Assembly (NCBI GenBank): GCA_041615815.1
Contig: JBFJCP010000002.1
Span: 128,001-192,000 of the forward strand
Length of the DNA stretch: 64,000 nucleotides
Direction of reading: 5' to 3'
From: Gemmatimonadales bacterium
Lineage (GTDB): Bacteria > Gemmatimonadota > Gemmatimonadetes > Gemmatimonadales > GWC2-71-9
In this document: in pieces, positions 21,060-31,244 of the stretch
Layout: each line of letters starts with the position of its first letter
Numbering within the stretch: the first letter of the stretch is position 1
The notes under the pieces: generated by a model
Told to the model about the DNA's origin: nothing
What the model saw: only the letters and a program-made list of their open reading frames with translations
Database searches by the model: none
Made by a program: the position numbers and the translations under genes

Positions 21060-24000
21060 TTACCGGTTTTCGAGCCCGGCTAGGCGATCGCGCGCTTCGC
21101 GCACGACCCCCTGCAATTCCGGATCGGCGTCCGCCCACAGCCTCAGCACGCGGCCGTAGTGCAATCTCGCCGCGTCGAGATCACCGGACGCTTCGGCCAT
21201 CTTGCCGAGCTGGAGGTGGGCCGGTGCGAGATAGATGAGATCGTGGATCGTGGTGTGACGAAACGAGCGGTACCACTGCGAGGCTTCCGCCATCTGCCCG
21301 GCTTCCTCGAAGAGCATCGCGCGAAGATAGCGTTCGTAGGACTGGGCGTAGAAGGGTGACGCCGTCGCTACCTGATGCCAGACATCGAGGCGGATCTGAT
21401 CGAAGTGAGAACGGGCCCGCTCGGAACGACCCGCGCTCCGCTCCAGGGTGGCATTGATGGAATGCCACATGTCCGGGATGAGCGTCCCCGATCCCGGTGG
21501 CTGGCCCAATGCCAGGAGTGCGCGACCGTGGCTCATCGCGGCCGCGCTATCGCGGAGAGCCGCGCTCAGCAGTCCCAACAGGTAGGCCCGCAGGTGACGG
21601 TGCAAACCGTCGTGGACCGAGAACCACACGTCGCGCGTGGCGCTCGGCCCTACGGCGCCCGCGTCTAGGCGCTGAATACGACGCCGATACTCCCGAAGCG
21701 AGTCGGGATCGGCGGGGCGCAGGGGATAGAGCCAGAGCAGGGCGCGTGGCTCGAGCGCCACGGCCGGATCGAGTAAGGCGGCCGCGTCCAGCTCCGTCAT
21801 TGCGCGATGCCATTGTCCGCCGGCGAGGCGCAGGTACGCAAGTAACGTATGTCCGTAAACACGCAATTCGACGGAGCGAGAGGTCGCTGTCAACAGGCGT
21901 GCCAGGTCGATCGCCGCATCGATGTCGCCGGAAAACGATCCCATACTCCAGACGATTTCGGAGAGCAAACCGTCCGTCGCGCCGACCAGTTGGGTCCGGA
22001 TGCGCTCTCGAGCCGTGCGGTCCGGATTCGTGTACGCGAGAAACGTCCGCATCTCAAGGGTGCGGTCCCCGGACGGGACCAGCGTGATGACGCGCTGTGC
22101 CAGGGAGTCCAACGCCGCCACATTGCGCTGGCTCAGCTCGATCCGGGCCAGGTGGACGTAGGCGGCGACCTGATCCGGCTCGAGTCGGAGCACCCGATTC
22201 CAGGGCTCTCGCGACTCCTCGAGGTCGCGGCCCCGACGAGGGGCAAAATGAAACAGCGTCTCACCCAGCTGTGACCATGCCTCGATATCTTCAGGATACG
22301 TTCCCACGATCGCACGGTACAGGCGCTCAGCCTGTCCCGCCTCACCCTGCCGCGCGGCGCGCAGCGCCTCGAGCAACCGCCGGTCCCGTTCCGCAAGCCG
22401 GTCGCTGAAGCGCACCGCCTGCTCTGCCGCGGTTCGCGCTAGGTCCGCCCGCAGCAGCCAATCTGCAGTGACACTCATCTGATACCACGCCAGGGCGAAC
22501 GTTGAGTCCGCCGTGACAGCACTCTCGAAGGCGGCTGCCGCTTCCGGGAATCGCGCCGCCCGCAGCTCCCGAATGCCAGTGAGATAGGACTTGAGGGCGG
22601 GCAACGAACTCGTCGTCACGAGTGCGATTCTCGTGAGGCGTGCTTCGGCAATCTCGCTTTGTGCCGCAAGCAACCCGGCTGCCATCTGGTCCACCATACT
22701 CAGGACCTCCGCGGCCGAGCCCTCGGCGGAGGCTTGGGCCAACACGTTCCCACGCGCTTCGCGTGCGTACAGACCTGCATCGAAGCGCAACCGGCCGCCG
22801 ACCTCGACGATGGTGCCCAACACAAAGAGCTGGGCTCCCAAGCGCTCGGCGATGCGGCGAGCACCCTCGAGGTCCAACACCCCGCCCCCCTCCCGACTCA
22901 CGGTGCCGAGAACCGCACGGGGATCGACGCTGCGCCAATTGCCGGCACCATCCAGCTTGGTGCTCAACAGGTCGACCATTCCCTCGGCAAGGTATGCAAA
23001 GTCGCTGCTGCCTCTCACGGTGAACGGCATGACGGCCACGGCCGAGCCCAACCCTGCAGGGCCGGGCCGCGCACTCGTCCGTCCGAGCACCAACCAGCCA
23101 ACCACGCTCGCCACAATCGTGAGTCCGGCGACCGCGGCCGCCATCAGGCCTCGTCGCTGGCGTGGCGACCGACCCAGGGCATCGTGCAGTGCGTCACGGA
23201 ACGCTGCGGCATCCTTCCACCGCTCCTCGGGGAACCAAGACAACGCTCGGCGAATCACGCTCTGAAACTGGGGCGGAACGCCCGACCAGTCGGCTTCATC
23301 GGGCTTCGCCGGCCCCGACCACTGGCGGCCGGTGAAACACTCGTAGAGCACAATGCCCACGGCGTAGATGTCGGTCGCGGGAGTGACGGCTGTGGCGGCA
23401 GCCTGCTCGGGTGCCATGTACCCCGGCGTGCCCAACAGTGAACCCGTAAACGTGAGCGTCCCGCCCCCCGCCACACTCACGGCGCGGGCAATGCCGAAAT
23501 CGGCTACCACAGCGTGACCGCCCGAGCTCGACAGCAGGATGTTGGAAGGCTTGACATCGCGGTGCACTACACCCTGGCGATGGGCGTACTCCAGCGCACT
23601 CAGCATGTCGATGCCAACTTGGACCGCAGCCTTCTCGGAGAGAGCGCCCTCACGTTGCAGACGGTCCCACAGGGTGTCGCCCTCTACATACGGCATCACG
23701 TAGTACAGGAGATTGCCGGCCGTTCCCGAATCATACAGGGGGAGGATGTGCGGATGTTGTAGACCAGCCGCAATTTCGATCTCGCGAAGAAACCGTTCGG
23801 CCCCAATCGTGACCGTGAGATCGGGACGAAGCACTTTGATGGCGACTTTTCGATGGTGCTTTTCATCCTCCGCCAGAAAGACCAAAGCCATGCCCCCGGT
23901 GGCCACTTGCCGCTCGACTCGATAGCGGCCAGCCAGGGCTCGGCGGAGATCCTCGAGCACCCGATCGGAACGCGTTTCGGCGGTGCCCACGGGGCCACCC

Positions 24001-24167
24001 TCCTGGTGCGCCTCCAACAGCGCGGCCACCTCGGAGCGCAAGGCCGGGTCGTCACCGCACAACCGATCGAGGTACGCTGACCGCTCCGTGCGCGGAATGG
24101 CCAGTGCCGCGTGGAAGACTTCCTGAACGCGGTCCCAACGTTCGGGACTGAGGGATGGGTCGGACAC
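21060..24167 (-). CDS. Hanks-type Ser/Thr protein kinase with TM, TolB-N-like domain and TPR repeats
   Basis: GGMALVF, VAIK, HRDVKPSN, DFG, GTPGYMAPEQ; TM (LMAAAVAGLTIVASVVGWLVL); AVMPF TolB-like domain; TPRs. Confidence 0.95.
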   Translation of the reverse strand: MSDPSLSPERWDRVQEVFHAALAIPRTERSAYLDRLCGDDPALRSEVAALLEAHQEGGPVGTAETRSDRVLEDLRRALAGRYRVERQVATGGMALVFLAEDEKHHRKVAIKVLRPDLTVTIGAERFLREIEIAAGLQHPHILPLYDSGTAGNLLYYVMPYVEGDTLWDRLQREGALSEKAAVQVGIDMLSALEYAHRQGVVHRDVKPSNILLSSSGGHAVVADFGIARAVSVAGGGTLTFTGSLLGTPGYMAPEQAAATAVTPATDIYAVGIVLYECFTGRQWSGPAKPDEADWSGVPPQFQSVIRRALSWFPEERWKDAAAFRDALHDALGRSPRQRRGLMAAAVAGLTIVASVVGWLVLGRTSARPGPAGLGSAVAVMPFTVRGSSDFAYLAEGMVDLLSTKLDGAGNWRSVDPRAVLGTVSREGGGVLDLEGARRIAERLGAQLFVLGTIVEVGGRLRFDAGLYAREARGNVLAQASAEGSAAEVLSMVDQMAAGLLAAQSEIAEARLTRIALVTTSSLPALKSYLTGIRELRAARFPEAAAAFESAVTADSTFALAWYQMSVTADWLLRADLARTAAEQAVRFSDRLAERDRRLLEALRAARQGEAGQAERLYRAIVGTYPEDIEAWSQLGETLFHFAPRRGRDLEESREPWNRVLRLEPDQVAAYVHLARIELSQRNVAALDSLAQRVITLVPSGDRTLEMRTFLAYTNPDRTARERIRTQLVGATDGLLSEIVWSMGSFSGDIDAAIDLARLLTATSRSVELRVYGHTLLAYLRLAGGQWHRAMTELDAAALLDPAVALEPRALLWLYPLRPADPDSLREYRRRIQRLDAGAVGPSATRDVWFSVHDGLHRHLRAYLLGLLSAALRDSAAAMSHGRALLALGQPPGSGTLIPDMWHSINATLERSAGRSERARSHFDQIRLDVWHQVATASPFYAQSYERYLRAMLFEEAGQMAEASQWYRSFRHTTIHDLIYLAPAHLQLGKMAEASGDLDAARLHYGRVLRLWADADPELQGVVREARDRLAGLENR

Positions 24168-24301
24168 GGAGGAATCGACTCGCTCGTCTCTGAGAATCGT
24201 TAAAGATGGAAGCCCACACGCAGTAGGACCAGCCTGGCGCGAGCGGCGCCCGGACTCAGGCCCGGACGCCGCCGCCTTTTGCAACGGACGTGATCGATCC
24301 C

Positions 24302-25672
24302 CTAGTAGCTCGGCGGAAGAGTGCGGTAACGTTCCAGCAGCTCGTGCTGCCGGCTGGTGAGCGGCACCGGCTGACCTCGGATGAATACCGCCTCCACCCC
24401 GGTCGACAGTTCAAACGGATCGCCTGTCCAGATCACGACGTTGGCCACCTTGCCAATGTCCAACGACCCGTAACGATCGTCGATCCCTAGAGCCCGCGCC
24501 GGATTGATCGTCACTGACCGTAACGCCGCCGCCCACTCCATGCCGTACGCAACAGCGTGCCCCGCGGCCTGGCGGATGTTTCGAGCATTATGGCTGGACT
24601 GAAACCCATTTCCCATCACGATGACGTTCGCACCGGCAGCGCTCAACAGCGCCGCATTATCGAGCCGCGCACTTGGAGCGTTGTACGACGGGATGTTGGC
24701 AAGGGGATCGACGATCACCGGGACACCGGCAGTCACGATACTGGCTGCGACTTGCCAGCCCTCTTCGGCACCGGCGAGAACGATGTCGAGATCGTAATCT
24801 GCTTTGAGACGCAGGGCGTTCTCGATATCGCTGCGACGATTTGCTCGAATAACCAGGGGCACAACACCCCGGAGTACGGGGAGGAGAGCTTCTAGATCGG
24901 CCGCCGGTGCCGAGAGCTCCTGCATCTGATCCCGGCGGAAGTCGTTTCGGCGACGATCAAGCTCCCGAGCGTCCTCAAAGAGTTGTCGGAGTCGAGTCAT
25001 CACTCCAGCCCGCGATCCACCACCGGTTTCCTTGGCACCCTCGTTGATCGCCGCAATCATCGCCACGGGTGAGGCAATCACCATGTCTTCGATGGTCGGG
25101 CCCAGCAGATCAATGGCAATGGCCTGGCCGGCAATCAGACCACCGCTGGGTGCGGAGACGACCGTCGTCACCCCAGCCGTTCGAGTCACCGGAATGATCT
25201 GCGATGCTGGATTGATGCCCTCGAGGACGTTGAATGCCGCACTCACCGCCGCGCTGCCATCACTGCCTTCTCGATTGCCCGGAACCGAGGAGATTTCTAC
25301 CAGACCAAGCTGCGTGGCGGCGTTGATCAACCCCGGCGTCACCCACCGGCCGGTCGCATCGATCCGGTGCGCACCTGTCGGGATCGGAACGTCCGTGCCC
25401 ACCGCGGCAATCCGTCCGTCTTCGATCAGCACCGTGGCGTTCTCGAGTCGAGGACCCGACGCCGGGAGGACCGTGGCACCTGTGATGGCAATCGCTTGAG
25501 CATGGAGTTCCGGCGTAAGGAAGACGAGGCAGCAGGCAGTTGCCAAACCAGCGGCGCTCCTCGATAACGTGCCTGCCTTGGCCCGTCTCCGTGCAATCCC
25601 AACTTGCCATTGCGCATTCTGCATTCTCGTGGCCCTCTGCCATCTCGCCTCTTGCCTTGTCGCCTCGTTCAT
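24302..25672 (-). CDS. amidohydrolase-fold protein, probably lacking metal ligands
   Basis: DATGRWVTPGLINAATQLG (no HxH), TINPARALG..GSLDIGKVANVVIW; ATGA overlap with the upstream paralog. Confidence 0.88.
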   Translation of the reverse strand: MNEATRQEARWQRATRMQNAQWQVGIARRRAKAGTLSRSAAGLATACCLVFLTPELHAQAIAITGATVLPASGPRLENATVLIEDGRIAAVGTDVPIPTGAHRIDATGRWVTPGLINAATQLGLVEISSVPGNREGSDGSAAVSAAFNVLEGINPASQIIPVTRTAGVTTVVSAPSGGLIAGQAIAIDLLGPTIEDMVIASPVAMIAAINEGAKETGGGSRAGVMTRLRQLFEDARELDRRRNDFRRDQMQELSAPAADLEALLPVLRGVVPLVIRANRRSDIENALRLKADYDLDIVLAGAEEGWQVAASIVTAGVPVIVDPLANIPSYNAPSARLDNAALLSAAGANVIVMGNGFQSSHNARNIRQAAGHAVAYGMEWAAALRSVTINPARALGIDDRYGSLDIGKVANVVIWTGDPFELSTGVEAVFIRGQPVPLTSRQHELLERYRTLPPSY

Positions 25673-27066
25673 CGTACCACCTGCCCCAGCTCGAAGTCCG
25701 TGCGCGGCTGGCGCGACGGATCGTTGCGATCGTAAACCAGCCAACCGTCGTTATAGACGTGCTCGGCGCGTGAATACACGGAGAAGGGATCCCCGGACCA
25801 CAACACCACATCCGCCATCTTGCCCGGCTCGAGAGTCCCGGTGACGTCATCGATACCGAGCACCCACGCCGGATTGGCCGTGATCCACCGGATGGCATCG
25901 TCACGCGTGACATCGATGCCGGCTCGTTGGCCAGCAAACAACGCTTTCGCCGCTTCCTGATTGAGCCATTGAATGGCCGTGGCGTCGTCCGAGTGGATCA
26001 CGGCGCGTGCCCCGGCCTGCGTGAGAAGTGCCGCGTTTTCCAAGACACCGTCCATGGCTTCTTCCTTGAAACCCCACGCGTCCGCCCATATCGACGCCGC
26101 CGTTCCGGCTTCGGCCAGCTTGTCGGCGATTTTATACGCCTCCACCGCGTGGTGGAACGACCGGATGGTGAAGCCGAACTCTCTGCCGAGATCCAGCATC
26201 TGCATCATCTCGTCCGCGCGATAGCAGTGATTCTGGACCGAGATCTCGCCGCTGAGGACGCCCGCGATGCTCTCTTTGCCGAGGTCTCGATCCGGTGGAT
26301 CGCCGTTGGGGTCAGCTCGCCATTCGTCCCACTGCCGACGGTACGCCTCGGCCGAGATGAATCCTTCCCGGTAGCCCGCCATGTTGCCCATCCGCGATGC
26401 CGGACCGCCTCGTTCTCCGTAGACCCGTTTCGGATTCTCGCCGCATGCCATCTTGAGCCCGTATGGAGCGCCGGGGAACTTCATTTCCTGAACCGAACGG
26501 GCGGGGACGAGCTTCACCGTGACGCTTCGGCCCCCAAACAGATTGGCCGAGCCTGGAAGCACCTGAATGGTGGTGATCCCACCAGCAATGGCCAGCGGGA
26601 TTTGGGGATCCTGCGGCCAAAACGCGTGCTCCGCCCACACGTAGGCGGTGTTGGCTCGCACCGGATACTCGTTGCCGTCGGACTCCGCGTCCGTTCCTGG
26701 CGCCGCATAGACACCGAGATGGCTGTGGGTATCGATGATCCCCGGCGTCACGAACTTTCCGCTAGCGTCGACCACGATCGCGTCTGGCGGAATCTCCACA
26801 GCCTGTCCCACGGCCACGATCCGGCCTTCGCGGAACACAATCGATGCCCCCACGATCTCCTGGCCAGCACCCGTGAGAATCGTCGCATTCCGGATTGCGA
26901 CCGGTGGATACGCCCGTCGGGTGTACGTCGACGCGTACTGGGGTCGGTCAACGCTTGTCTGCGCTGGCGGCGCCTGCGCCGCGGATGCCGATGTTTGGGA
27001 AACGGCGGTACCGCAAGCCGTGGATCCCAAGACGATGGCAATGATGAGAATGACCCGAGTGCTCAT
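25669..27066 (-). CDS. amidohydrolase family lipoprotein
   Basis: Lipobox STAC; PGIIDTHSH, LKMACGENP, HCYR, HHAVE, HSDD. Confidence 0.92.
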   Translation of the reverse strand: MSTRVILIIAIVLGSTACGTAVSQTSASAAQAPPAQTSVDRPQYASTYTRRAYPPVAIRNATILTGAGQEIVGASIVFREGRIVAVGQAVEIPPDAIVVDASGKFVTPGIIDTHSHLGVYAAPGTDAESDGNEYPVRANTAYVWAEHAFWPQDPQIPLAIAGGITTIQVLPGSANLFGGRSVTVKLVPARSVQEMKFPGAPYGLKMACGENPKRVYGERGGPASRMGNMAGYREGFISAEAYRRQWDEWRADPNGDPPDRDLGKESIAGVLSGEISVQNHCYRADEMMQMLDLGREFGFTIRSFHHAVEAYKIADKLAEAGTAASIWADAWGFKEEAMDGVLENAALLTQAGARAVIHSDDATAIQWLNQEAAKALFAGQRAGIDVTRDDAIRWITANPAWVLGIDDVTGTLEPGKMADVVLWSGDPFSVYSRAEHVYNDGWLVYDRNDPSRQPRTDFELGQVVR

Positions 27067-27248
27067 TTCTCGTTCCTCCGTGCCGAAGTGGCCTCGCTCG
27101 CGAGTGACGCTCATGACTGGGTCCAGCAGACAGAACATATGGCGCCACATCCGGGACGCGAGGCCTGAGGTCCGCACCGATATTCTCATGGCCAAGGAGC
27201 GTCATTCGACGCATACTTGGCCCACCTCAATGCCGCGAGCTGCTCCAT

Positions 27249-29507
27249 ATGGATGACGAACGATCGACGCGATCCGCCTGGACCGGTGGGGCCCTGGGAT
27301 CGTTGACCGCTGTGCTCTTTCTCACCGCGCTCTTCGGATTCCTGTTCCGGTCCGGTTTCGGCACCGTTCTCGATACGGCGGCCGGACTCCTCACTGGCGC
27401 GGTGCTGCTGACGGTGCTTTCCCTCATCATGCTGTTGGTGGTCGTGATCGGGCGCCGGATCCCGGTACCATTCGTCGTCGTGGCCGGGGCCTCCGTTGGG
27501 ACACTGTTCGTCATTCAGCTGCTGTTCGATGCGATTCCCGGCCGTGGGAGCCCCTGGCCGTCAGACATCTATTACCAAACCCTCCTCGCGTTCCTCGCAG
27601 CCCACACGTTGCTTGGCGCGGCGGTGTGGATCCTGGGCACCGGGAGGTTCGGAAAACTGGGGCGGGTGGGTCGGTTCACGGCGATGGGCGTCATCGTGTC
27701 CGTCTTGCTCGTGGACGTGGCGGCGGTCGTCTGGCTGGCTCGGGAGGGGACGCTTCCCGACAACGTGACGTTGAGCATCCTCGAGCCCGAACGCGTGCCA
27801 CCGCTCGTTGGCGGCGATCCCGCAGAGCGAGGTCCCTACGTCGTTCGCACCCTCACGTACGGGAGCGGCGAGAACCCTCGCCGCCCCATGTATGCCGAGT
27901 CGGTTCAGCTCCGCACGGAGCCCGTCGACGCATCCGGCCTCCTCCCCGAATGGAAGGGGTTTCGCCAGCGCATGCGCGAACGCTACTGGGGATATGGCAT
28001 CGATCGATACCCCGTGAACGGCATCGTGTGGGCACCGGAGGGAGACGGGCCTTTCCCCCTCGTGCTCGTGGTACACGGTAATCACAGCATGGAGGAGTTT
28101 TCCGATCCCGGATACGCTTACCTCGGGGAACACCTTGCAAGCCGCGGCTTTATCGTCGTCTCCGTCGATGAGAATCTCACCAATGCTACGTGGTCCGGCG
28201 ACTTTCGTGGCAAAGAGATGCCCGTTCGGGCCTTCCTCTTGCTCAAGCACCTTCGTCAATGGCGTGAGTGGAATACCGCTCCGGACGGCCCGTTTTCCGG
28301 TCGCGTGGACCTTGAGAATATTGGTCTCATCGGCCATTCACGAGGCGGTGAGGCCGTGGCCATGGCCACGGTGTTCAACCGCGTACCGTACTCCCCGGAC
28401 AACGCCTTGGTCCCGTTCGACACGGGATTTGGCATCGAAGCCGTGATCGCCATCGCCCCCACCGATCACCGATACGTTCGTCGCATGACGGTTCACAACG
28501 TCAACTACATGACCGTACACGGTGGGTATGATACGGATGTGGAGAATTTTTACGGGATGCGGCAATACGACCGCGTGCGATTCTCTGATGGCACCTACAG
28601 ATTCAAGTTTGCGCTGTATGTCCATCATGCCAACCATGGACAGTTCAATACGGTTTGGGGACGAGAAGATACTTCGCCACCGCGGAGCTGGTTTCTGAAC
28701 ACGAAGCCGCTGATCACAGGCGCGGACCAACGTCGGATTGCCTTGATCTATGTGAGCGGGTTTCTGGAGGCTACCCTGCGGGCCCAGGCCCAGTACCTCC
28801 CGATGTTTCGCGATCCGCGGACTATCGCTCACTGGCTTCCACAAACTGGGTATCTCCATCGTTTCGAGGACACGAGCTTCCGCGCCATCGCCATCTTCGA
28901 GGAGGACCCCGACGTCACGACATCCACGGTTCCCGGCGGTCTGATTCGTGCCTCGAACGTCGATATGTGGAGTGAGCGTCCCTTGCCGTTTCGCACCGAG
29001 GAAGCGGATCAGATGAACAACGGGGTCATTTTGGGTTGGTCCGCGGTGGCTGACGATTCGGCCGTGCTTGCCGTCACGCTCCCGGAGGGGTTCACCGTTT
29101 CACCATCACATCGATGGCTCACCTTTGCCCTGACTCGCACAGCCGATCGCCTCCCCGGCGATGACGAGATCGAACTGCATTCGGACACTTCCGCATTCGC
29201 GGCAGACATCATCTTGGAAGACCGTGCTGGACGCACCGCACGGGCGGCTCTCCAAGACCTTGCTAGCATTCCTGGTCCTTTTCTCACCCCGTTGCTCTTG
29301 AAGACACAAGGTCTCTCCAATGAGACTTATGGAAAGACCTGGGAACCCATCCTGCGAACGTACGCCATTCCCGAGAGCGCCTTTCAGGCCACGGCCCTGT
29401 CGTTCGACTGGCGCCGCCTGCACGAAATTCGCTTTGTCTTCCCCAAGAACCAGAGTTCCGTCGTGATTCTGGACGATATCGGTTTGAGATCGGAGTATCA
29501 GCCATGA
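27249..29507 (+). CDS. membrane-anchored alpha/beta hydrolase
   Basis: About 5 N-terminal TM helices; HGNH oxyanion region, nucleophile GHSRG, ANHGQFN. Confidence 0.87.
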   Translation: MDDERSTRSAWTGGALGSLTAVLFLTALFGFLFRSGFGTVLDTAAGLLTGAVLLTVLSLIMLLVVVIGRRIPVPFVVVAGASVGTLFVIQLLFDAIPGRGSPWPSDIYYQTLLAFLAAHTLLGAAVWILGTGRFGKLGRVGRFTAMGVIVSVLLVDVAAVVWLAREGTLPDNVTLSILEPERVPPLVGGDPAERGPYVVRTLTYGSGENPRRPMYAESVQLRTEPVDASGLLPEWKGFRQRMRERYWGYGIDRYPVNGIVWAPEGDGPFPLVLVVHGNHSMEEFSDPGYAYLGEHLASRGFIVVSVDENLTNATWSGDFRGKEMPVRAFLLLKHLRQWREWNTAPDGPFSGRVDLENIGLIGHSRGGEAVAMATVFNRVPYSPDNALVPFDTGFGIEAVIAIAPTDHRYVRRMTVHNVNYMTVHGGYDTDVENFYGMRQYDRVRFSDGTYRFKFALYVHHANHGQFNTVWGREDTSPPRSWFLNTKPLITGADQRRIALIYVSGFLEATLRAQAQYLPMFRDPRTIAHWLPQTGYLHRFEDTSFRAIAIFEEDPDVTTSTVPGGLIRASNVDMWSERPLPFRTEEADQMNNGVILGWSAVADDSAVLAVTLPEGFTVSPSHRWLTFALTRTADRLPGDDEIELHSDTSAFAADIILEDRAGRTARAALQDLASIPGPFLTPLLLKTQGLSNETYGKTWEPILRTYAIPESAFQATALSFDWRRLHEIRFVFPKNQSSVVILDDIGLRSEYQP

Positions 29508-30412
29508 GCCGCCAGCCCGAGCGAGTGCGCCTTGGCTTGGAGTGGTTTCTCAATCCCGATCATGTTCCCCTCCTGGTTGCGCTCGAGCGGGATTGGCTGG
29601 CCGACGTGGGACTCGAGCTCGAACTAGTCGAGCCCCAGGAGCACCTCGACGCCGTGAAGGAGATCGAAGAAGGTCGCATGGACGTAGCCATCACCGAACC
29701 CATTCACCTCGTACAGGATGTGGCGGACGGGAAAAACGTCCTCGGCTTCGCACGATTCCTCCACACCAACGGCGGTGTCATGTACTTCCGCGACAGCGGG
29801 ATCACGCGGCCGCGGGACATGGCCGGCAAGCGAATTCAGTATCCGGGAGCGCCCGGGCCAGGTGGGCCTGCGATCGTGGCCACGATGGTCGAGGCCGACG
29901 GAGGAAAGTGCAATACGAGCCACTTCGAGCTCGTCAACAACGGTTTCTACCACACCAACGCGTTGGCCGAAGGCAAAGCGGATGTCGCGACGCTCGTGTT
30001 TTACAATTTCGAGATCATCGAGGCGCGCGCGCGCGGGTTCGACGCGCACTACTTCGCGCTGAAGGATTGGGGCGTTCCGGACTTCTGCCAGCTGATTCTG
30101 ATCACTTCCCGCTCGGTTTTCCGAAAACGCCGCGCCGCGCTCACGACACTGCTGCGGGTGCTGCGACGGGGGATTGACTTTCTCCATGAGCACCCTGCGG
30201 TAGCACAGACGATCTACCGGCAGCACACCGGCACGGATCCCAACGACGAGATGATGCGCCGGATCTTCGATGCCACCCTACATTGTTTTACCTACGATTT
30301 CTCTATGAGCGGAGAGTACTACGCGAAGCTTGGGGCGTGGATGCGGGCGCGGGGGTTGGTCTCGCGTGATCTCGATCCCGCCACGTACTGGACCAACCAA
30401 CTCGTCTTGTAG
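29504..30412 (+). CDS. NMT1/THI5-like (ThiY-type) binding-fold protein without signal peptide
   Basis: LEWFLNPDHVP, SGITRPRDMAGKRI, GVPDFC, YWTNQ; ATGA coupled to the hydrolase. Confidence 0.88.
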   Translation: MSRQPERVRLGLEWFLNPDHVPLLVALERDWLADVGLELELVEPQEHLDAVKEIEEGRMDVAITEPIHLVQDVADGKNVLGFARFLHTNGGVMYFRDSGITRPRDMAGKRIQYPGAPGPGGPAIVATMVEADGGKCNTSHFELVNNGFYHTNALAEGKADVATLVFYNFEIIEARARGFDAHYFALKDWGVPDFCQLILITSRSVFRKRRAALTTLLRVLRRGIDFLHEHPAVAQTIYRQHTGTDPNDEMMRRIFDATLHCFTYDFSMSGEYYAKLGAWMRARGLVSRDLDPATYWTNQLVL

Positions 30413-30427
30413 GATCGCGCTACGGAG

Positions 30428-30772
30428 TTATCGCACTCGAGGCAGGCGGCCCAGATATTCCAGTGTTTCTTCCACCGTCGTGCGAAACCGGCCGAGCCCC
30501 GGCGTGGCCGCCGTGATACTGCCGTCGGCAAACCCCTTCAAGACCCCCTGACAGACTTGGGCGGCTCGCTTCAGGCGGAAGCGCCGCACGGATTCGGCAT
30601 GGTCCGACGGATGATCGCTGACGGCGATCGCCTGGACGTTGGTACGGAGGCGGTCGAGCGTAGCCTTGAAATTCTCGAGATCCGTCGTCGAGGTGTCGGA
30701 CCGCGTGAGAAACGGCTCGATCGCATCGAGCGACTGCCTGAGCTCCTCGGCCGTCCTTTTCAGTTCATTCAT
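30428..30772 (-). CDS. hypothetical helical protein (paralog A)
   Basis: GGAG RBS; similar to the adjacent ORF. Confidence 0.75.
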   Translation of the reverse strand: MNELKRTAEELRQSLDAIEPFLTRSDTSTTDLENFKATLDRLRTNVQAIAVSDHPSDHAESVRRFRLKRAAQVCQGVLKGFADGSITAATPGLGRFRTTVEETLEYLGRLPRVR

Positions 30773-30784
30773 CCATCGCTCTCC

Positions 30785-31120
30785 CTAACTCACCGTCTTG
30801 GAGATTTCGGCCACCTGAGCCAGCGTGGCGCGAAACTCACCGAGGCCGGGCGTATTGGGGGCTAACGTTTCAGCATAGAGATCCGCGAGGATCTCATCAC
30901 AAGCCTCCGTTGCCCGCCGTACGCGGATTTCGCCCAGATACCGGTTGAGATCTCCCGCCTGATGAGTCGTGAGGAACGCCCACACCTTGGTGCGGAGTAC
31001 ATCCACAGCGCCCGCCAATGCATGGATGGCCCCCGTTGCGGTGGCGGATTCGCCGGCATCGAGAACCTCGAGAGCCTCTCGCAATTCGTTGAGCGCGTTT
31101 CGGACTTCCGTGTCGCCCAT
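30785..31120 (-). CDS. hypothetical helical protein (paralog B)
   Basis: ATG 31120; shares ELR..L, D.LRT.V.A, R..RA...C and TPGLG.FR.T with paralog A. Confidence 0.75.
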   Translation of the reverse strand: MGDTEVRNALNELREALEVLDAGESATATGAIHALAGAVDVLRTKVWAFLTTHQAGDLNRYLGEIRVRRATEACDEILADLYAETLAPNTPGLGEFRATLAQVAEISKTVS

Positions 31121-31244
31121 ACTTGGTTCCCGTCTGGCCTTGACGGATCTTGCCAACCCGGCCCGTCCGGGGGCGGCACCCGCCATCTGCAGCCGTATCA
31201 AGATGGGGAGGAACGCGAAAGTCGCAATCCCCGAGACGAACCGC

